From: Octopus sinensis
Lineage: Eukaryota
Direction: 5' to 3'
DNA: 64,000 bases
Assembly: GCF_006345805.1 (NCBI RefSeq)
Contig: NC_043014.1
Span: 54,622,001-54,686,000 of the forward strand
In this document: positions 1 through 10,846 of the stretch, one piece after another
Position numbering within the stretch: the stretch's first letter is position 1
Layout of the letters: each line of letters opens with the position of its first letter
Position numbers and translations under genes: made by a program
The notes under the pieces: generated by a model
Told to the model about the DNA's origin: nothing
Databases searched by the model: none
What the model saw: only the letters and a program-made list of their open reading frames with translations

Positions 1-184
1 TGTTTAGCTGATTCGGCTGGCAAACTAATCTAGACCTTATGTAGGTTTAATGGGATCTTTTCTACTTTAAAACAAAGTCAGTTTGCCAACATAATTCTTC
101 TTCTGTGTTCTTGCGTTCAGTGTTTTTAACCCTTAAAAATAACATCCGCTTTTTTTTTGTTTTCTTTTATACAACAACTTTATA

Positions 185-596
185 GGCGCAGGAGTGGCTG
201 TGTGGTAAGTAGCTTGCTTACCAACCACATGGTTCCGGGTTCAGTCCCACTGCGTGGCACCTTGGGCAAGTGTCTTCTACTATAGCCTCGGGCCGACCAA
301 AGCCTTGTGAGTGGATTTGGTAGACGGAAACTGAAAAGAAGCCCGTCGTATATATGTATATATATATATATATATGTGTGTGTGTTTGTGTGTCTGTGTT
401 TGTCTCTCTAGCATTGCTTGACAACCGATGCTGGTGTGTTTATGTCCCCGTTACTTAGCGGTTCGGTAAAAGAGACCGATAAAATAAGTACTGGGCTTAC
501 AAAAGAATAAGTCCCGGGGTCGAGTTGTTCAATTAAAAGCGGTGCTCCAGCATGGCCGCAGTCAAATGACTGAAACAAGTAAAAGAGTAAAAGAGT
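185..596 (+). mobile_element. tRNA-derived SINE, family A (full length)
   Basis: Head with A-box (TGGCTGTGTGG) and B-box (GGTTCAGTCC), CORE-like ACCTTGGGCAAGT, internal (TA)/(TG) tract, 3' hairpin CAGTC-AAAT-GACTG and GTAAAAGA tail; near-identical copies at 4195, 30946, 51961. Confidence 0.9.
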
Positions 597-629
597 AACT
601 GCTCATAACTGTTCTAATTGTAGATTCTT

Positions 630-975
630 GGTGTGGCCCTGTGGTAAACATACTTCCTAATCACGTGGTTTCAGGTTCTGTCCCACTGTGCAGCACCTTG
701 GACAAGTGTCTTCTATAGCTCCAGGTCAACCAAAGCCTTGTGAGTGGATTTGGTTGACGAAAACTGAAAGAAGCCCTGTGTGTGTGTGCCTGTAAACTCT
801 TGTCTTAACATCACATGATGGTTGTAAACGAGGCAACGTACTTGCTTCTGGTCTTCTGTGAAAAACCTGTCTGGCAATGGGAGAAGTGTCCCCTTGCATG
901 GAAACAGGTTTGTGTTGGCAACAGTGAGAGCATCCAGCTTTAGAAAATCTGCCTCAACAGATTCCATCTGGCCCT
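630..975 (+). mobile_element. Degenerate SINE with family-A head and RTE-type 3' part
   Basis: Family-A head to ~780, then GTTGGCAACAG..GAGCATCCAGC..TAGAAAATCTGCC resembling the RTE tail motif seen elsewhere in the window. Confidence 0.6.
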
Positions 976-1504
976 GGAAAACCTTTTTAGTCAATTCTAG
1001 GTTTGCCGTGATCCAGTTTGACCTATGGTCAGAAGTATTCTAGATGTGATAATCTTAGCTTTTATTCAGGCATGGTGCACCTAGGACTACATTATCTAAT
1101 GTGTCTTTTTTTCCGTAAGGTGGTAAGATATAATTTGGAAGGGAATTCTAACTGCTGTGTAGACTTAACACCCACCACCTCACTTTTGGGTATCTTTTCT
1201 CAAATCCTTTGTGTTGCAACCAAGCCTTAATCTTCAGTCCCTCTAAGCCTTTAAAAAAAAAAGTCCAGTGACCCCATAAAATGAAAATCCAAGGATGGCC
1301 TTTGTTGCATTAATAGTCAGTGCTGGTGTCTTCCTCTCCTTTCACTTTTTCCATCTTCTGCTTTCTTTCTTTATTTTTTACTTATTTTTTTTCTTTGTTT
1401 CTTTTTCATATTTCTCTAGTTTTTCTTTTTTTTATTTGTATTTTTTTTTCTCACCTTCTTATCGCCTTTCTTTCTTTCTTTCACATTATTTGCTATAGTT
1501 TTAG

Positions 1505-1712
1505 TAGCAACCAGTTTGAAACCACCCTTGGTTCTACGATAAAAGGTTCCCATTTTAAAATCACCTAAATTAAAACTTTGTTTTCCAAAATTTCATGTTG
1601 ATTTATGTTCCAAACAACAGTTTAATTAATAATGACAAAATTATTTTACTAAGTTCTTCGTTATTCTCAAAATTAATTGAAACAAAGAAAGTGTAATTCA
1701 ACAGAAAAATGA
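1505..1712. mobile_element. Degenerate piggyBac-type MITE fragment
   Basis: Shares internal motifs (TTTATGTTCCAAACA, TTATTTTACTAA, AATTAATTGAAA) with TTAA-flanked copies at 22269 and 47469. Confidence 0.55.
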
Positions 1713-1889
1713 TAAAAAAAAAAAAAGATTGAAATCTGTCACTACAAATATATTTTGCTTCTTTGATTGATTCTTGGGTGAAAGATTTCTTCAGGTCTCA
1801 GACAATTAAAAAGAAAAGAAAAAAAAGTGTTTCTATTTGTTAAAATTGAGAAATTCAATCCAGTTGTGACAACTGTATTAAGTTCACCC

Positions 1890-2100
1890 CAGGAGTCTTT
1901 ACATGGTTATTTGACCATCAGATCTCTCTCAAACCTCACCCTACTGTCTTTGAAACTGAAGGACACATTGCATCATGTAGTCTTAGATACATAATGACTG
2001 AAGAAGAAGAAATTTAAAAGAACATTATATTCATGGTTGGAATTTCTTTGACCATGGGACTCCTTAGTCACAGCTGACCAGGGGTTAAACAGCAACAACT
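1890..2100 (+). mobile_element. SINE family D (degenerate)
   Basis: CACCCTACTGTCTT..GGACACATTG..GTCTTAGATAC..GCTGACCAGGGGTTAAACAGCAACAAC; similar to copies at 37310, 53430-54657, 58160. Confidence 0.6.
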
Positions 2101-3259
2101 TCTCAAATGTCCTGCAGTATAATTAATGGAGGCCTGTTATTGTTGTTTAGTCCCAGGTCTGTCGTGGTTGGGAGAATTTTTGATCAAAGCCATTCCAACT
2201 GTATCCACTCGATTGCATTTCTGTGTTCAAGGAACTTAGGACCACATTATTCACCATGTTGTTGTGTGTGTTTTCAGGGGGAATTTAGTTGCAGTTTCTA
2301 GCAAGAAGAGTGGCCACTTAAAAGTTCCATCTCTGGCTTATGTTGGTAGAGTTTGTTTGGTTTGCTGCTGAACTTTATTATCTGAATTGTTTCCAAAATT
2401 GTGTTATATGTACACACGTCATAGGGGTACCAGTTTCCGTTCTAATTTAATCCATCCTTGTTCCATCTGGTCAAGGACCCTCCCTTCTCAATGCACACAT
2501 ACACATGCATACAATGTGGCTTCCATGACAAACAGAATGTTTGTGGCATGGAATTTTCGTGGGAGAGTAAAAAAACAAATGCGCCCTTCCCTCAGGGGTT
2601 GTTTTCAAGTCCTCATTTTGTTGACATGGTAGCAGGTAAGTGCACCTTGCCACACCTGTACCTTGGTACTCGGGTCTTAAACAACCAGAATATTACTTAA
2701 AGCTGCCAATCCTTCTGCCATTCCCTTTGACTCTCTAACAACTTCACCAATATGTCATTGGTTTGCTGGTAAATTAAATTCTTCAGTTGCAAGTTTTGGA
2801 TTTTGTCATATCCTGGTGTGTATTCCAGTTGTTTTATGTTTGTCTTATTCCGTTCTTCTTTTTAAATGCCATTTTTTGGGTTGTTTGGTTTTTTATTTAT
2901 ATATTTTTCTTTCACTTCATCAAATAAATTATGACTCAATTCGATCAGGTTTCTTCTCTTTTCCTTCACGTTTCTTTCTCAAATTTATCCAGCATCTTCT
3001 TTCGATGGATGTCAAACTTCTTTCTTCTTTTTTTTCTTTTTCATTTTCTGAAAATGTTATTTGGTTTTTTCTGTGACTTTTCTTCATCTCATCTGATTCT
3101 GTTTTTTGCCAGAATTTTCTGAATAAATTTTTATTATCTTCTTTCTCATTCCTCATCTTTTCTAATCTCTTTTCGATGGTATTTAGCTCTGAATTATGGC
3201 TAATGTTTTGTGCTGGAATTGAAATAATTAAAGAAAATCATGGTTTTCTTTTTCTTCTT

Positions 3260-3545
3260 CCCACTGCATAGCACATTGGGCAAATGTCTTCTACTACAGC
3301 CTTGGACTGATGAAAGCTTTCTTAGTGTATTTGGTAGGTGGAAACTGAAAAAGCCTGTAGTATGTATATTGTTGCTGTGTTTATGTCTCAGTAACTTAGC
3401 AGTTTGACAAAAGAAACTGGTGGAATAAGTACCAGGTTTTAAAAAAATTAAGTGCTGGGGTCGATTTTTTTCAGCCAAAAATTCTTCGAGGCACTGCCCC
3501 AGCATGGCCACAGTCTATTGACTGAAACAAGTAAAAGAACAAAAG
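3260..3545 (+). mobile_element. SINE family A, degenerate
   Basis: GGGCAAATGTCTTCTACTACAG..CCCCAGCATGGCCACAGTCTATTGACTGAAACAAGTAAAAGA. Confidence 0.75.
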
Positions 3546-3726
3546 CTGCTTTCATATTCCATTGTTTCGCATGGGTTCTCGCCTGACTGCTTGGTTAAGA
3601 ATGTCCCGTCACTAAGATTTTGTCGAGGGTCTTATCTTGGTGACAAGTGTCTTCTATCTGGAGTTGACCAACAGGAATTATATTTTGATAAATGGAAACT
3701 GTGTAGAAGCCTGTGAGATATCTGTC

Positions 3727-4095
3727 GTCTTTTCTTTCAGTCATTAGTCTGAGGCCATGCTGGAGCATCACCTTGAAGAATTTTAGTTGAACAAATTGAC
3801 CCCATTTGTTTGTTTTTTTAAAAAGCCTAGTACTTTTTTAATCAGTCTCTTTTGCCAAACCACTAAGTTATGGGGTCGTAAACACACCAGCACCAGTTAT
3901 TAAGTGGTGGTAGGGGACAAACACTGATAAATGCACGACAGGCTTCGTTTACTTTCCATCTACGAAATCCACTCACAAGGCTTTGGTCAGCCTGGGGCTA
4001 TAATAGAAGATACTTGCCCAAGGTGTCACACAGTGGGACTGAACCCAAAACCATTTGATTGGGAAGCAAGCTTCTTGCCACACAACCACACCTAT
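3727..4095 (-). mobile_element. SINE family A
   Basis: Reverse complement of family-A tail, body and head. Confidence 0.8.
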
Positions 4096-4194
4096 GATTT
4101 TTTATTAAAGAATTTTTTCCCCTATTTTCTTTATCCTTTCTGTTTGGTTTACAACATTAGCAAAATCCAATCGGTTGATAATTAGAGACCATCA

Positions 4195-4562
4195 CTCTTT
4201 ACTCTTTTACTTGTTTCAGTCATTTGACTGCGGCCATGTTGGAGCACCGCCTTTAGTCAAGCAAATCGACCCCGGGACTCACTCTTTGTAAGCTCTGTAC
4301 TTATTCTATCGGTCTCTTTTGCCGAACCGCTAAGTTACGGGGACGTAAACACACCACCATCGGTTGTCACACAACCACACACATACATATACATATATAC
4401 TACAGGCTTCTTTCAGTTTCCGTCTACCAAATCCACTCACAAGGCTTTGGTCGGCCCAGGGCTATAGCAGAAGACACTTGCCCAAGGTGCCATGCAGTGG
4501 GACTGAACCCCGAACCATGTGGTTGGTTAGCAAGCTACTTACCACACAGCCACTCCTACGCC
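4195..4562 (-). mobile_element. SINE family A (young copy)
   Basis: High similarity to reverse complement of 185-596. Confidence 0.9.
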
Positions 4563-4619
4563 TATACACAATCAAATTTTTTCGTAAAACTCGTTATATC
4601 TCATCATCATCTTTTTTTA

Positions 4620-4882
4620 ACGCTCACTTTGCCTTTTATTCCATCAGGATCAACAAAATAAAGTACCAGTTGCGTACTGGGATCAATACAGGGGGATTCA
4701 AAAGTCACCATACATAAGAACAATTATTTTTTTTTTATAAGAAACAGTTTTTAAAAAAAATTAAATTTTTCCTATGTATGGTGACTTTTGAATCACCCTG
4801 TATAATCAACTAACTCTTTCCTCCTGAAATTGCTGGCCTTGTGCCAAAATTTGAGGCAATTATTATTATTATTATTATTATT
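4620..4882 (+). mobile_element. SINE family B 3' part, interrupted by a MITE
   Basis: CTTTGCCTTT..AAGTACCAGTTGCGTACTGGGATCAA[TA]ATCAACT..GGCCTTGTGCCAAAATTTGA + (TTA)n tail. Confidence 0.75.
4689..4800. mobile_element. Tc1/mariner-type MITE, 112 bp
   Basis: 28-bp TIRs CAGGG(G/T)GATTCAAAAGTCACCATACATA with one mismatch, TA duplicated at 4687-88 and 4801-02. Confidence 0.9.
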
Positions 4883-5268
4883 ATGGGTTTTTCTTCTTTC
4901 AAATTTGCTTCCATTTCTTGCCGAGTGTCTTCCCGACTCCTAGGACAAAGAAACTCATTGTATACATTGGTAGGCCATTAAACTAAACTCACTTTTTTTT
5001 TTTATAGAAATAAAGTTAAATTAAAATACATGGGTAGTAATAGTTCTCACATCGACAATGCTCTTCTCAATACGTGTGATGTACCAGTTAAGACAATCTT
5101 TTGCACTTCTTGCAGGGATGGTAAGCCAGGGATCATTCTCATATAATTTTCGGTTCCCTTCTTGATCATTCCTAGTGCTCCTACGATCACTGGTATTGTA
5201 ACCGCCTTGAGATGCCACATTTTCTCAATTTCAATGAGCAGGTCTTTATATTTTCTGAGCTTGTCAAA
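4883..5268 (-). mobile_element. 5'-truncated R4/Dong-like (RLE-type) non-LTR retrotransposon 3' end
   Basis: Open frame 5268-5047 (-): FDKLRKYKDLLIEIEKMWHLKAVTIPVIVGALGMIKKGTENYMRMIPGLPSLQEVQKIVLTGTSHVLRRALSM*, matching the C-terminal KY..L..EI...W..PVIVGALG pattern of R4/Dong ORFs; both ends abut (TAA)n. Confidence 0.8.
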
Positions 5269-5292
5269 TTATTATTATTATAATTATTATTA

Positions 5293-5500
5293 TGGCAGTG
5301 AGCTGGTAGAGTCGTTGGCACACTGGGCTGAATGCTCAGCTGCATTTCATCTGTCTTTACGTTCTGAGTTCAAATTCCACTGAGGTTGACTTTGCCTTTC
5401 ATCCTTTTCGGGGTCAATAAATTAAGTACCAGTGAAACACTGGGGGTCAATCTAATCGACTGGCCTCCACCCACCAAATTTCAGGCTTTGTGCCTATAGT
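5293..5500 (+). mobile_element. SINE family B
   Basis: GGCAGTGAGCTGGTAGAGTCGTT..B-box GAGTTCAAATTCC..GAGGTTGACTTTGCCTTTCATCC..TTTCAGGCTTTGTGCCTATAGT. Confidence 0.85.
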
Positions 5501-5529
5501 TTTCCATGAATTTTTCATGGGTCCAGCTA

Positions 5530-5607
5530 ATTATTATTATTATTATCATTAATATTATTATTATTATTATTATTATTATTATCATCATCATCATCATCAT
5601 TATTATT

Positions 5608-5641
<34 letters not shown>

Positions 5642-5645
5642 GTGA
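5530..5645. repeat. (ATT)n/(ATC)n microsatellite
   Basis: Direct inspection. Confidence 0.95.
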
Positions 5646-6526
5646 TATCAATAGTAGTAGTATTGTGGTGTTGCAGGTTTAATGGTATTTCTTTCTTTTT
5701 TTTTTTCTTCGTAAGTTATTGAAAAACCAAGACTAAGATTACCTGACCTGGTTTTTTTTGGGTTTTTTTTTTGCTTTTTCCATCTCTCTTTCTTTCTCCA
5801 CCAATCTCTCTCCCTCCCTCCCTCCCTCTCTCTCTCAATTACAATTGCTTCACTTAATCCGTTTGTTTGTCTAAACAAAGTCAAGTCTGACACAATTTCT
5901 CACTTTTTTTTCCCTCATTACAGAAATCTAAGATGTCAGGCTTATTAAACATTATTAGGGGTCGGGTGATGGGGTTGTGGGGAATCATCAGAGCATTGGT
6001 CTTGCAAGTATTTGTCGTATCTCTTTACGTTCTGAGTTCAAATCCTATCAGGGTCAACTTTGTCTTTCATCCTTATCATCATCATCATCATCATTGTTTT
6101 TGTAATCTGTCCCTTTCCTTTCAATGGACTCTCACCCATCATCCTTTGGCAAATAACAGAAGTCATCATCATCATCATCATCACAACTGTGATGGATTGC
6201 CCCACAGTATATCGTTATGGATCTCTACCGTCTGAGTTCAAATCCAGCCAGGGTCAGCCTTGCTTTTCTTGAGTGAACTCAGTAGACAGAAACTGTCGAT
6301 GTGTTTCAGCTAAACTGTTCGATACAGTGCCCCAGTATGGCCATAGTCTAATGACTGAAACCAGTGAAAGATAAAAGAGATTCATTTCTTATTAAAGTCT
6401 AAGACTTCTTTCTGTTGCTAAGACAAAGTTCACATTTCCATTTTCCAAAGTCTTATACTCTATGGTATGTATTGAGTACATTTGTGTCCCATTTGTGAAA
6501 TCAAATTCGCACACACACATACTTAA

Positions 6527-6700
6527 CCCTTTTGGTACCAAACCAGCCTGAGATTGTCCTTGGTTCTACAACACAAATTTTCTCTTCTAAATTAAAAACC
6601 TCCATCACAGTTTCACCTTAATTTATATTCTAAACTCCAGATTAGAAAAGTCAGTTGTTTTATTAAATCTTTCATAATTTTCAAAATTAATTGAAATGAA
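6527..6700. mobile_element. piggyBac-type MITE, one intact end
   Basis: TTAA-CCCTTT terminus at 6523-6532; body similar to 47469 copy. Confidence 0.6.
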
Positions 6701-6714
6701 GGGCCACAAGAAAA

Positions 6715-6915
6715 AGCTCTGGTGCTGGTGCCAGGTAAAAAGCACCCAGTGCCACTCTGTAAAGTGGTTGGCATTAGGAAGGGCATCAGCAGTAGAAACT
6801 ATGCCAAAACAGACAATTGGAGCCTGGGGCAGCTCTGCAGTTTGCCTGCTCCTGTCAAAGTGCTCAACCGATGCCAGCATGGAAAACGGATGTTAAATGA
6901 GGATGATGATGATGG
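6715..6915 (+). mobile_element. RTE LINE 3' tail fragment
   Basis: GTAAAAAGCACCCA..GGCATTAGGAAGGGCATC..GCATGGAAAACGGATGTTAAA(TGA)n. Confidence 0.8.
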
Positions 6916-6983
6916 TGGTGGTGATGATGAAGGCAGTGTGTTTCATTAGAATGTAAGAATTACTGGATCTCTTGTCCACTTAC

Positions 6984-7034
6984 CTGTGAATATCCCAGAT
7001 GTTTGGTCAGCGGTGTTGTGTTTATTATTAATAA
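6984..7034 (-). other. Candidate 51-nt exon (unassigned)
   Basis: CTTCTGCCAG| acceptor and CACAG|GTAAGT consensus donor; open in two frames; no protein recognised. Confidence 0.25.
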
Positions 7035-7067
7035 CTGGCAGAAGTTTTTATTCATAATAAAAGAAAC

Positions 7068-7130
7068 TATATATATATATGTGTGTATGTGATATATATA
7101 TATATTATATATATTATATATATATGTATG

Positions 7131-7181
<51 letters not shown>

Positions 7182-7219
7182 GATATATATATAATATATA
7201 TATATATATATTGTATGTG

Positions 7220-7250
<31 letters not shown>

Positions 7251-7304
7251 GTATGTGATATATATATGTATGTGATATATATGTATGTGATATATATATA
7301 TTAT

Positions 7305-7347
<43 letters not shown>

Positions 7348-7373
7348 GATATATATATATATATATATATGTT

Positions 7374-7424
<51 letters not shown>

Positions 7425-7447
7425 ATGTGATATATATATATATATAT
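7068..7447. repeat. Compound (TA)n/(TG) microsatellite
   Basis: Direct inspection. Confidence 0.95.
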
Positions 7448-7656
7448 CAGTATGTGACGTCGTGAGTACCACCGGCGATTTTTTTCCTCTGTCTTCCCTT
7501 CTCTGGATCTTTCCTTCTCCTTTGTTTCCGACGAAGAGCTCCGCTCGAAACGTTAAACCCTCCTTCTTCCCTTCTTTCCTGAGCGTCCAATAATACTTTA
7601 TTTGTTCCACGTCCTCGCATTGTTGTGTTTTTTTGTTTTCTTGTTTGGATTAACTT
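7448..7656 (+). mobile_element. (TA)n-embedded short element carrying a hammerhead motif (Penelope-like/retrozyme-like)
   Basis: Bounded by TA tracts on both sides; contains fold at 7524; distantly homologous to 8259-8452 (shared TTCCTGAGCG..TAATAC). Confidence 0.6.
7524..7558 (+). ncRNA. Minimal type-I hammerhead-like motif, variant core CCGACGA
   Basis: GTTT|CCGACGA|A|GAGC-TCC-GCTC|GAAA|CG|TT|AAAC: stem I GTTT/AAAC, stem II 4 bp, palindromic ACGT stem III, putative GUU site. Confidence 0.6.
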
Positions 7657-8034
7657 TATATATATATCCACGTTTGCTTTCTACTTTCCTGTTTGCATTA
7701 CCAAACCTACACACACACCACACACACACACACACCCCCCCCCCCGCATGTGCTTGCTAAGCAGCAGACTTCTCAGCCACATGGCTTTGAAACCAAAACA
7801 AAACCAACAATGGCAACTGGTTTTTTGTTTTTCCCCCATTCTCTTTTGCCTTCTTGTTGACATTTTATGATAAAACTGCAGCCAGGATTAAAAAGGCCAG
7901 TTTATGCTGTGCTGAGGTGATTTAAGTCAATGTCTTTTGTGTTGGTTATTGTTTATATTTGTTATCAACATTTTTATCTTTGGTGTGTGTGTGTGTGTGT
8001 GTGTGGATGGGTGTGGAAATAACATTCCTTTATA

Positions 8035-8236
8035 CACGGTGTTCAGAAAGTCTCCACAGTGAATTGTGGGACCGATATTTTTTGAAGACACCATCAACCC
8101 CAAGAGATATTGCTCAAATATTGTCCATCCATTTGTAGGTCAACTCACTGAAAGGGAAATTAATAATGCATATTTTCAGCAAGATGGCGCTACAGTACAT
8201 ACTTCATGCATCACCATGGTGCTACTTCAAGAATTA
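8035..8236 (+). mobile_element. Tc1/mariner-superfamily transposon remnant (TIR plus internal DD(D/E) fragment)
   Basis: TA-CACGGTGTTCAGAAAGTC terminus, then GPIFFEDTINPKRY..YFQQDGATVHTS..TMVLL, the region around the second catalytic Asp (FQQDGA.H). Confidence 0.75.
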
Positions 8237-8258
8237 TATATATATATATATATATATA

Positions 8259-8452
8259 ACGGGAAGGTTTACGAAAATAAACAAAAGACGAAGGCAGGTA
8301 GAGTACAAACAAACAATTGTATTAGTATGGCGCTCAGGAATAGAAATAAAACAAGTCTTTTACGTTTCGAGCCTACGCTCTTCGACAGAAAGATAAACAG
8401 AAAAGAAACAAGGAGAGAAAAAAATTGTGTGTAGGAGCTAACGATCCAATAC
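8259..8452 (-). mobile_element. (TA)n-embedded short element carrying a hammerhead motif
   Basis: Bounded by TA tracts; contains fold at 8356-8393. Confidence 0.6.
8356..8393 (-). ncRNA. Minimal type-I hammerhead-like motif, variant core CUGUCGA
   Basis: Minus strand: TCTTT|CTGTCGA|A|GAGC-GTAG-GCTC|GAAA|CG|TA|AAAGA: 5-bp stem I, 4-bp stem II, palindromic ACGT stem III, putative GUA site. Confidence 0.65.
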
Positions 8453-8460
8453 ATATATAT

Positions 8461-8506
<46 letters not shown>

Positions 8507-9039
8507 TCTTTTTATGCCGGTGGTTTCATATCTGCTCTAGACTTTTGTCATATCTTTGAGCAGTAAAATTCTCCAGCCCTCTATATCCCTACTGTGCACA
8601 CACACACACACACACACACACACACCACTTCACCTGGCCGTCGTTAATTTGTATCACCTAATATTCAAGTAATGTTACCTGCAATAAACTGGTGCCTGTC
8701 CCAGGAGAGATAAATGTCTTGCTTTCTCAACACTCTGACTTTGGAGTCAAGCAGTGGAGTGCACTCACGAGCTCCTATGGTCTCTCTCTAAACCACAGAC
8801 ACATAAAAGGACACACACCATATTTAGAATCGGCCTAGAGTTGGATCTCTGCTTTGAATTGCATTTGGTACTTACCTATCTACAGTATCCTACCAATACC
8901 TGGTACCTTCATGGTTGTTTTACCTGTGAACTCCATGTTATTGTACCTTGCCGTTTCAGGCATCCTGCATGTTGATCAGCCTACATTCGGATCAATCCTA
9001 TGACTCATGTGTGTGTGTCTGTGTTTGTGTGTGTGTGTC

Positions 9040-9235
9040 TGGTGACACGTAGAAGGCACCCACTACACTCTTGGAGTGGTTGGCTTTATGAAGGACATCC
9101 AGCTGTAGAAACGAAACCGTAATCAGACTGGAATCTGGTACAGCTCTTGGGCTTAGCAGTTTCAATCAAACCATCCAACCAATGCCAGCGTGGAAAATGG
9201 ACACCATATGATGATGATGATGATGGTGGTGATGA
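9040..9235 (+). mobile_element. RTE LINE 3' tail fragment
   Basis: GCACCCACTACACTC..GGACATCCAGCTGTAGAAAC..(TGA)n. Confidence 0.8.
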
Positions 9236-9846
9236 TGTATTTCATGTTACACTAAGAATTGTCTCAACTAAGTGCAATGGATGCATTCCTCGTTACATAT
9301 TAATGCAGGCCTGAAACATACATATTAAATGATTTCAAAATATCACTCTTTGCTCTGACTTCATTATTACAACTCAGATAGTCAAGTGGACATTAAAACA
9401 ATCATGAAATATGATGATGGTTACGTGTGTGTGTGTGTGTGTGTGTGTGTATTTCAAATAGAGGTATTATTGCGGTGATTACTTTTATTTAGATCCGTGT
9501 AAACCCCTATGGAACGGAACACACATGTGATCACACAGAAGTCTTCAGTGTGTCAAATTGTCCCAAAAGTTGTCCGTATGTCCAGTTGTTCAGAAATTAT
9601 CAATGTGTTCCTGTTATCTAGAAATAATCTCCAATTATCCTAGAAGCAGTCAGCGTGTTGTTGAGGCACAGTATGTTTACAAATGGCCCAGTGTGGCTCA
9701 GCTGTCCAAGTATGTTCATTGTAATAATTGAAACCTGGATGTAATATCTTTGTACAAATGTGTGACGTCACTAAATAAGGGAGCCCTGATACATATTGTC
9801 GTTTGCCATAGATTTTCCAGTTTTATCTCAGCTCTAAGACATTAAA

Positions 9847-9985
9847 CCCTTTTGTTACCATTTTACTATTGAAAAACATTGCATTAGTTCCAATTAATTT
9901 AGAAAATAATTAAGATTTTAGTAAAATTGTCACTACTAAGCTGGTGTTTGGACCAAATTACCATGAAGATTATTTGTACAAAGGC
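9847..9985. mobile_element. piggyBac-type MITE fragment
   Basis: TAAA-CCCTTTTGTTACC terminus; body similar to 22269 copy. Confidence 0.5.
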
Positions 9986-10544
9986 TTCTGTTGAAATCGC
10001 TTTGAAACAGGAAGTTTATGTCCTAAAGACTGGAACCACCTAGGCAGATAAGTTCCAAGCGTTGTGTCACTCTCCTTTTTATTTTTAGGCTTACATTCTC
10101 CACTTTGTCTTTCTATGTCCTTCATTTTGTAATGGTAATATGTTCCAATTTTAGGAGATCCTGTTATTACTTCTGGCAGACAGGTATACATTAAAATGAG
10201 TATAAATTCGCCCAGACATAGACTTGTGTTTGTCACATAAATAACGTTTGTCAATGGGAAAATGTTAACAACACGAGAGCCGTTGTGATTGTTCTAAAAT
10301 ATGATTCTGATGCATTGGAATCTAAATGGAAATGAGAATGAGTCAGCAGGTCATTATTCCGAATGTTATCCTTGTCAATAAAACCAAACTCTGCACTAAA
10401 TGCTTTGCTATTGTCAAACGGAAAAATTAAAAGTGTCCTCAATAAAGATGGAAGCCATTATAAATAAATAAATATTTCTGAAAACACATAAAGGTGTTGT
10501 AGTGTACAGAAGTGCTTCATAAACATGTATCAGTTGGGGTAGGT

Positions 10545-10760
10545 GTGGATGGCTGTCTGGTTAACAAGTCTGTTTCTCAACCACGTGGTCTTGGGTTCAG
10601 TCCTAGGCAAGTGTTTTCTACTATAGCCTTGGGAGTACATTTGGTAAATGGAAACTGAAAGAAGCTCATCTTGTGTGTGTGGGTGTGTATTTGTTTGACT
10701 AAACACTTCCAGAAAGTGCCTCAACATGGCCACAGTTCAATGACTGAAACAAGTAGAAGA
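10545..10760 (+). mobile_element. SINE family A, degenerate
   Basis: Head remnant plus tail CAACATGGCCACAGTTCAATGACTGAAACAAGTAGAAGA. Confidence 0.7.
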
Positions 10761-10846
10761 AGAATATCAAATTTATGGGCGTGTGCATATGTGTGTGCCT
10801 CCACCCATATCTCCCTGTGTCTGTATATCCTTATCTTGACATCACT

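Noticed and set aside
185-262. tRNA gene
   Set aside because: A- and B-boxes are present, but it continues into a multi-copy SINE body; no convincing cloverleaf
4883-4920. SINE B mobilised by the R4/Dong-like element (shared CAAATTTGAAA near tails)
   Set aside because: Sense-strand tails are opposite: (TAA)n for the LINE, (TTA)n for the SINE; the shared motif is short and AT-rich
6960-7610. Long ORFs rich in YI/HT/CV/WLVG (also 12891-13533, 32655-33333, 50766-51210, 59958-60709)
   Set aside because: Translations of microsatellites
9493-9575. Possible exon IRVNPYGTEHTCDHTEVFSVSNCPKSC
   Set aside because: Weak donor (CC|GTATGT) and no recognisable homology; compatible with chance
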